From Candidatus Aldehydirespiratoraceae bacterium (lineage in GTDB: Bacteria > Actinomycetota > Acidimicrobiia > Acidimicrobiales > Aldehydirespiratoraceae), in NCBI GenBank assembly GCA_965198315.1, contig OZ240616.1, forward strand, positions 509,586-573,585: a stretch of 64,000 bases of DNA, written 5' to 3'. Within the stretch, counting starts at the first letter, position 1. Every line of letters starts with the position of its first letter. Under the pieces are notes generated by a model. That model was not told where the DNA came from, ran no database searches, and saw only the letters and a list, made by a program, of their open reading frames with translations. Position numbers and translations under genes: made by a program. Shown here piece by piece: positions 61,301 to 64,000 of this stretch.

Positions 61301-62153
61301 CGCGTCATGGATCCCACCCGCCGACAACGGCAGCGACATCACCCACTACCTCATCAGGTATGCCGAGAACCTGACAGGCAATGAGCCCTACAGCACCGAC
61401 ATCCGCGTCAACGCACCCGCCACACGCGCCCGGATCACGGGACTCAAAGTTGGTGTGCCCTATGTCGTGCAGGTCCAAGCCGTCAACGCCATCGGCACCG
61501 GACCGAACCCGGCGGGCGAGATCCAAACCACCACAGGCCTCTTCCCAGACGCTCCAACTTCAGTCAGAGCAGTACCCACACCGAACGGCAACGGGAGCAC
61601 CCTGACCGTGACCTGGAACAGAGTCACCCGGACCAACGGCGCAGGCCCCGTGAGCAGCTACATCGTGGAAACCCTCGACGTGACGAACCCCGGCAACACC
61701 TGGATCCCGACACTCGGCATCGACGGCAATACCACAACGGCAGTCGTCAACGTCATCATCGGCAGAACCTATCTGGTGAGGGTGAAGGCGGTCGCACTCA
61801 ACACCGGCATCTCGGGCTACATCGACGCTCCGGTCAAGGCAGCGGGTTCCCCACCCACACCAGCGCTCCTCGCCGCCACCCTCGCCACCGACGCCAGAAC
61901 AATCAAGGTGGTCTGGACCGCCGTCTCCCCAGGCACACCGAGCGACATCATCAGCTACACCGTCAGCTGGTTCTCTACCACAGACCCCGTGCACGGTGCC
62001 CGAGGCGCCGTGCTCATCACCAGCAACACCCGCGGGACCTACTCCATACACGGCCTTCCCTCCGGCTCCTACACCGTGCAAGTCGTGGCAACCAACCACA
62101 TCGGCAACAGCCCCCCTCGCACTGCCAACATATTCATCCCAGCCCGTTCCTAA
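58302..62153 (+). CDS. secreted surface protein paralog: signal peptide, three SLH-like repeats, about ten FN3 modules
   Basis: 1283 aa from ATG 58302 (the ORF-track start 58230 reads through the leader). It has the same architecture and an identical signal core MAVAFLVVAGSLGLATVTATAQ. Confidence 0.85.
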   Translation: MIPAGAAKKAPTGFPNQSIQARLVRLTRMAVAFLVVAGSLGLATVTATAQSNNSSCPSTDADAYADLTDENNYAYDDSRCLKELGIPAPGDNYRPDDDMTRSEMARFMARTYALVTGNEAPVVATNFTDVSADDPNADDIARIFGLGITTGTTPTTYSPDSPVIRGHMALFLARLYKKATGSDAPRANTPFIDISARSSEQETAIGQIYRLGVTTGTTTTTYSPGDDVTRRQMASFVARMYSVLDAITSGTAADAPTDLEVSVSGTDGTALEVNWTAPDDTGSSDIVNYLIQWKTDDTSYTRTNQHDTTATSATFDDLTAGETYTFRVAARTAVGLGDWSDEASGNPATVPDAPTGVEVAISGDVGDALDVSWTAPEDSGSHDVTGYVVQWKSGDDDFSADNESSVDGTSATIDGLTKGTVYTFRVAAVNVAGLGDWSADASGNPATAPDAPTGVEVAISGDVGDALDVSWTAPEDSGSHDVTGYVVQWKSGDDDFSADNESSVDGTSATIDGLTKGTVYTFRVAAVNVAGQGDWSDEASGNPATAPGLVSDLRSTPRNALLALRWTAPADDGGSEITGYVISWKTGRQSTRTAEINNGDATSYTITGLRNSTVYSVWVQATNAAGTGDRASAPTGTNNFSVTPAPNAPTAPQDLTVTPGNRTLTLNWKEPADDGGTTFTGYTIENRCGTASRFSTASGSPQPHNTASAVQTITIHGLANGTHCDVRVAANSYYDADRNNFRSFNEPILTSPWAQGFGTPATLPFAPTNVMVTTAHESLQASWAPPTNDGGSDITGYKLTWSAGIPASVIIGNRTTYTITGLDNRFAYTVSVKTITDVGESTAAFASGDTQPRAVPATPRNVQVNTAPLLINGNTNVNAGSSLVVTWDAPQPNGTNPVDGYVVQRRDSLISSTTPGVNPIPAGQWFSTGVGTVDVINRTVTIAGLQTGRSYDIRVQATNDHDSNTGTTSIGGPWAMGSGTPATAPAAVTPTLEPGHTSIIASWIPPADNGSDITHYLIRYAENLTGNEPYSTDIRVNAPATRARITGLKVGVPYVVQVQAVNAIGTGPNPAGEIQTTTGLFPDAPTSVRAVPTPNGNGSTLTVTWNRVTRTNGAGPVSSYIVETLDVTNPGNTWIPTLGIDGNTTTAVVNVIIGRTYLVRVKAVALNTGISGYIDAPVKAAGSPPTPALLAATLATDARTIKVVWTAVSPGTPSDIISYTVSWFSTTDPVHGARGAVLITSNTRGTYSIHGLPSGSYTVQVVATNHIGNSPPRTANIFIPARS

Positions 62154-62682
62154 CCCCCCGCCGGGCGAACCCCGGATCTGTTCGCGTGCCGTCGCGTACG
62201 AGCACTATGGACACGGGCCTAATGATCGGCGCTGGGGCCACTCAAGCAGAAAGAAGACAAGGTACTCAGCGTCCAGCTTCCTCGGTGGTTGCCTAGGTCA
62301 ACTCGCCACCGAAGGCGTCATCTCGACCCGCCGGCACCACACCACCACCGGCTACTGGTCATACCTCCCCGAAGTAACCCACGCAGCCGGCATCCCCGCA
62401 CCCCCCGAGGACAATTTCCTCAGCTGGCAAACCTACGCCACCCAAGAGGGCCTCGATCCGACCCGCTGGACGCTGGACGACTGACTACTGTCAGCCGATT
62501 AGTGCTGCCAAACGCTCCGGGCAGTGCCGCGGCGAGCGGCGTTGGCATACTCCGCCGGGGGACGTTCGGCGTCGACCTCAGGTTCAGGGATGATGGGCCT
62601 GGTCACCGGGTCCTCCGTATGCGTTGGGTGGTCATGGTGTGAAGTCTGGTGGCGGTCGGTTGTTGGTGGTTCTCGTGGGTTG

Positions 62683-63082
62683 CTAGTCCCTAAGGGTGAA
62701 GTACCCGTCGTGCATGGTGATGTGAAACGAAGCGAGGATGTCCATACCTAGCAGCACATCAAAATTCGGGTGGGTCGGCCGGGAGAAGCTGTACGTAGAG
62801 CTCCTTCAACGCGGAACAGGTCCCTGAGGTGCTGCTCCCCACGCTGATCCTGAGTCTGTACACGGGTGATTCAACGGGCTCCCCGCCGAGAGAGACGATA
62901 TTTCTCCTGCCCACGGAGGTCGCACCGAGTGCGGTGGCAACCTTGGCCGAGACCATCGTAGCCTGAGCACCTGTATCAACCAGAGCTGTGAACGGATCGC
63001 TCTTCGGGCCGTCGGGCGGTACAGACAGCGTCGCTTCAACCATGATTCGGTCGTCGACGATCTCGACGTTGAACGTGGGCAC
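62683..63082 (-). pseudogene. retropepsin-like (clan AA) aspartic protease, interrupted by a +1 frameshift at a T4 run
   Basis: The ORF 62759..63082 has the active site LVDTGAQATMVS and ends ...PPEF*. The next frame continues DVLLGMDILASFHITMHDGYFTLRD* (62683-62760), the normal C-terminus of this family. The shift lies in aaaa 62761-62764. Confidence 0.7.
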
Positions 63083-63092
63083 GACGGGCGGT

Positions 63093-63341
63093 TTATGCCA
63101 GTGCTATCGACATCACGCCGAGTTGGACAGGTTTTTCGCCGACTGTGATGAGCGTGAACTGCCCAAGTCCGAAATCCTCGTAGCCGCGGCGGTAGGCTAT
63201 TCCTGGGTCCTCGAACATGTCAATGATCTCTTCGTCGTGCATGAGGAGGGTCTTGCCGAGATGGGTCTGTTCCATTTCAGCTTGGAGTCCGTTGATGTAG
63301 GCCTCGTAGTTCTTTTGGATCTGCTCGTCGATGGTTCTCAT
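63093..63341 (-). CDS. small hypothetical protein upstream of the aspartic protease
   Basis: 82 aa from the internal ATG 63341 (MRTIDEQIQKNYEAYINGLQAEMEQTHLGKTLLMHDEEII...). The longer ORF-track start looks artefactual. Confidence 0.4.
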   Translation of the reverse strand: MRTIDEQIQKNYEAYINGLQAEMEQTHLGKTLLMHDEEIIDMFEDPGIAYRRGYEDFGLGQFTLITVGEKPVQLGVMSIALA

Positions 63342-63551
63342 GCTCGGGCGGAGACATCGATCATCGTCGCGACCGCTGCTGAAGAAACGGTAGGCGGATT
63401 CGCCATGGCTGATGCCCTCTCTCCTCTGGCGTGTGTCCATTGATCCTACATCCGTGTGGTGTCGCACCTCGGCATTGGTTACACGCTTTTTCGACTACGC
63501 CTCGAACGTTCAGCGGACCGTTGCCGCTCTTAGCAGATTTCGCGAACCTTT

Positions 63552-63845
63552 TCAGCCTGCTCTGCGTCCTGCTTCCTCCCAACTGGAACACTGGGGCGAC
63601 GACATCCCCCTCCTGTGCGGCGTCAACTTCAATCCCGCTTGATGGACGAGAGACAGCGCGTTGAGGTCGTCTTTGGTAGCGACCTGGTCCCAAGAGAATG
63701 GAGGTAGGGAGTCCATGAGTTTGTGGGCCACATCCTCTCCGAGCGCTTCGATCAAACTGTTGAGGAGCTCGAAACGCTCCCCCTCGCCTGCCGCCATGGC
63801 AAGTTCCCTTCGTTGTAGTCGCTTGTGATGGGAAGTTGTCGCCAT
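63552..63845 (-). CDS. hypothetical protein (helical, ...WDQVATKDDLNAL motif); start and C-terminus uncertain
   Basis: Only the middle part (ERFELLNSLIEALGEDVAHKLMDSLPP..ATKDDLNAL) looks protein-like. The tail may be frameshifted. Confidence 0.25.
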   Translation of the reverse strand: MATTSHHKRLQRRELAMAAGEGERFELLNSLIEALGEDVAHKLMDSLPPFSWDQVATKDDLNALSLVHQAGLKLTPHRRGMSSPQCSSWEEAGRRAG

Positions 63846-64000
63846 TGCGCAGCGAGTACCCCGTACCGTATCACCCGGAATGTGGTTGGCTGCTGTTGGT
63901 CTGATTCGATTGTCTCTGGATGGCTTTGATGATACGGTGATGCCCGTAAGCCACTTCCCCCCTGACATCACGAATTGGATGGAGACCAGAGTGGCCCTGA

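Noticed and set aside
62165-62484. Protein-like tail ...GYWSYLPEVTHAAGIPAPPEDNFLSWQTYATQEGLDPTRWTLDD downstream of surface-protein gene 2
   Set aside because: I found no ATG, GTG or TTG in frame after the upstream stop. It is possibly a gene remnant, but I cannot support calling it a CDS.

Overview
This window is a high-GC (roughly 60% by eye) actinobacterial-type chromosomal origin region. The left half is the conserved replication and partition core. On the minus strand it carries gyrA (partial)-gyrB-dciA-recF-dnaN-dnaA. On the plus strand it carries rpmH-rnpA-yidD-yidC-jag-rsmG-[3 x parS]-parA-parB. These are followed by a trxB-trxA-cwlM operon, an accessory insert (vapBC, P450, NTase-like pair), an ECF sigma/anti-sigma pair, DegV, a large secreted protein, a GNAT, the CCA-adding enzyme, panB and rpsF-ssb-rpsR-rplI-dnaB. 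The synteny, together with an F420-type LLM oxidoreductase, a DinB/mycothiol-type protein and a DUF222-HNH gene, points to Actinomycetota. The right half is accessory. It holds CoA/lipid-metabolism genes separated by unusual tandem repeats. A visibly lower-GC island (40.3-45.5 kb) contains a translationally coupled three-gene operon of unknown function (TIGR04255-like plus two orphans), a DUF222-HNH gene and a DprA-like/PRTase (ShosTA-like) pair. Further right are an arylsulfatase and two membrane-anchored coiled-coil proteins, one built from a perfect 33-bp/11-aa repeat. An Fe/Mn superoxide dismutase carries in-frame Gly-rich microsatellites. Two paralogous ~1300-aa SLH+FN3 surface proteins bracket a 2.4-kb islet with an McrA-like HNH nuclease and a RelA/SpoT (toxSAS-like) two-gene module. 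The window ends with a frameshifted retropepsin-like protease. I recognised no rRNA, tRNA, CRISPR array, transposase or integrase. All family assignments come from motifs read by eye; no database search was run.
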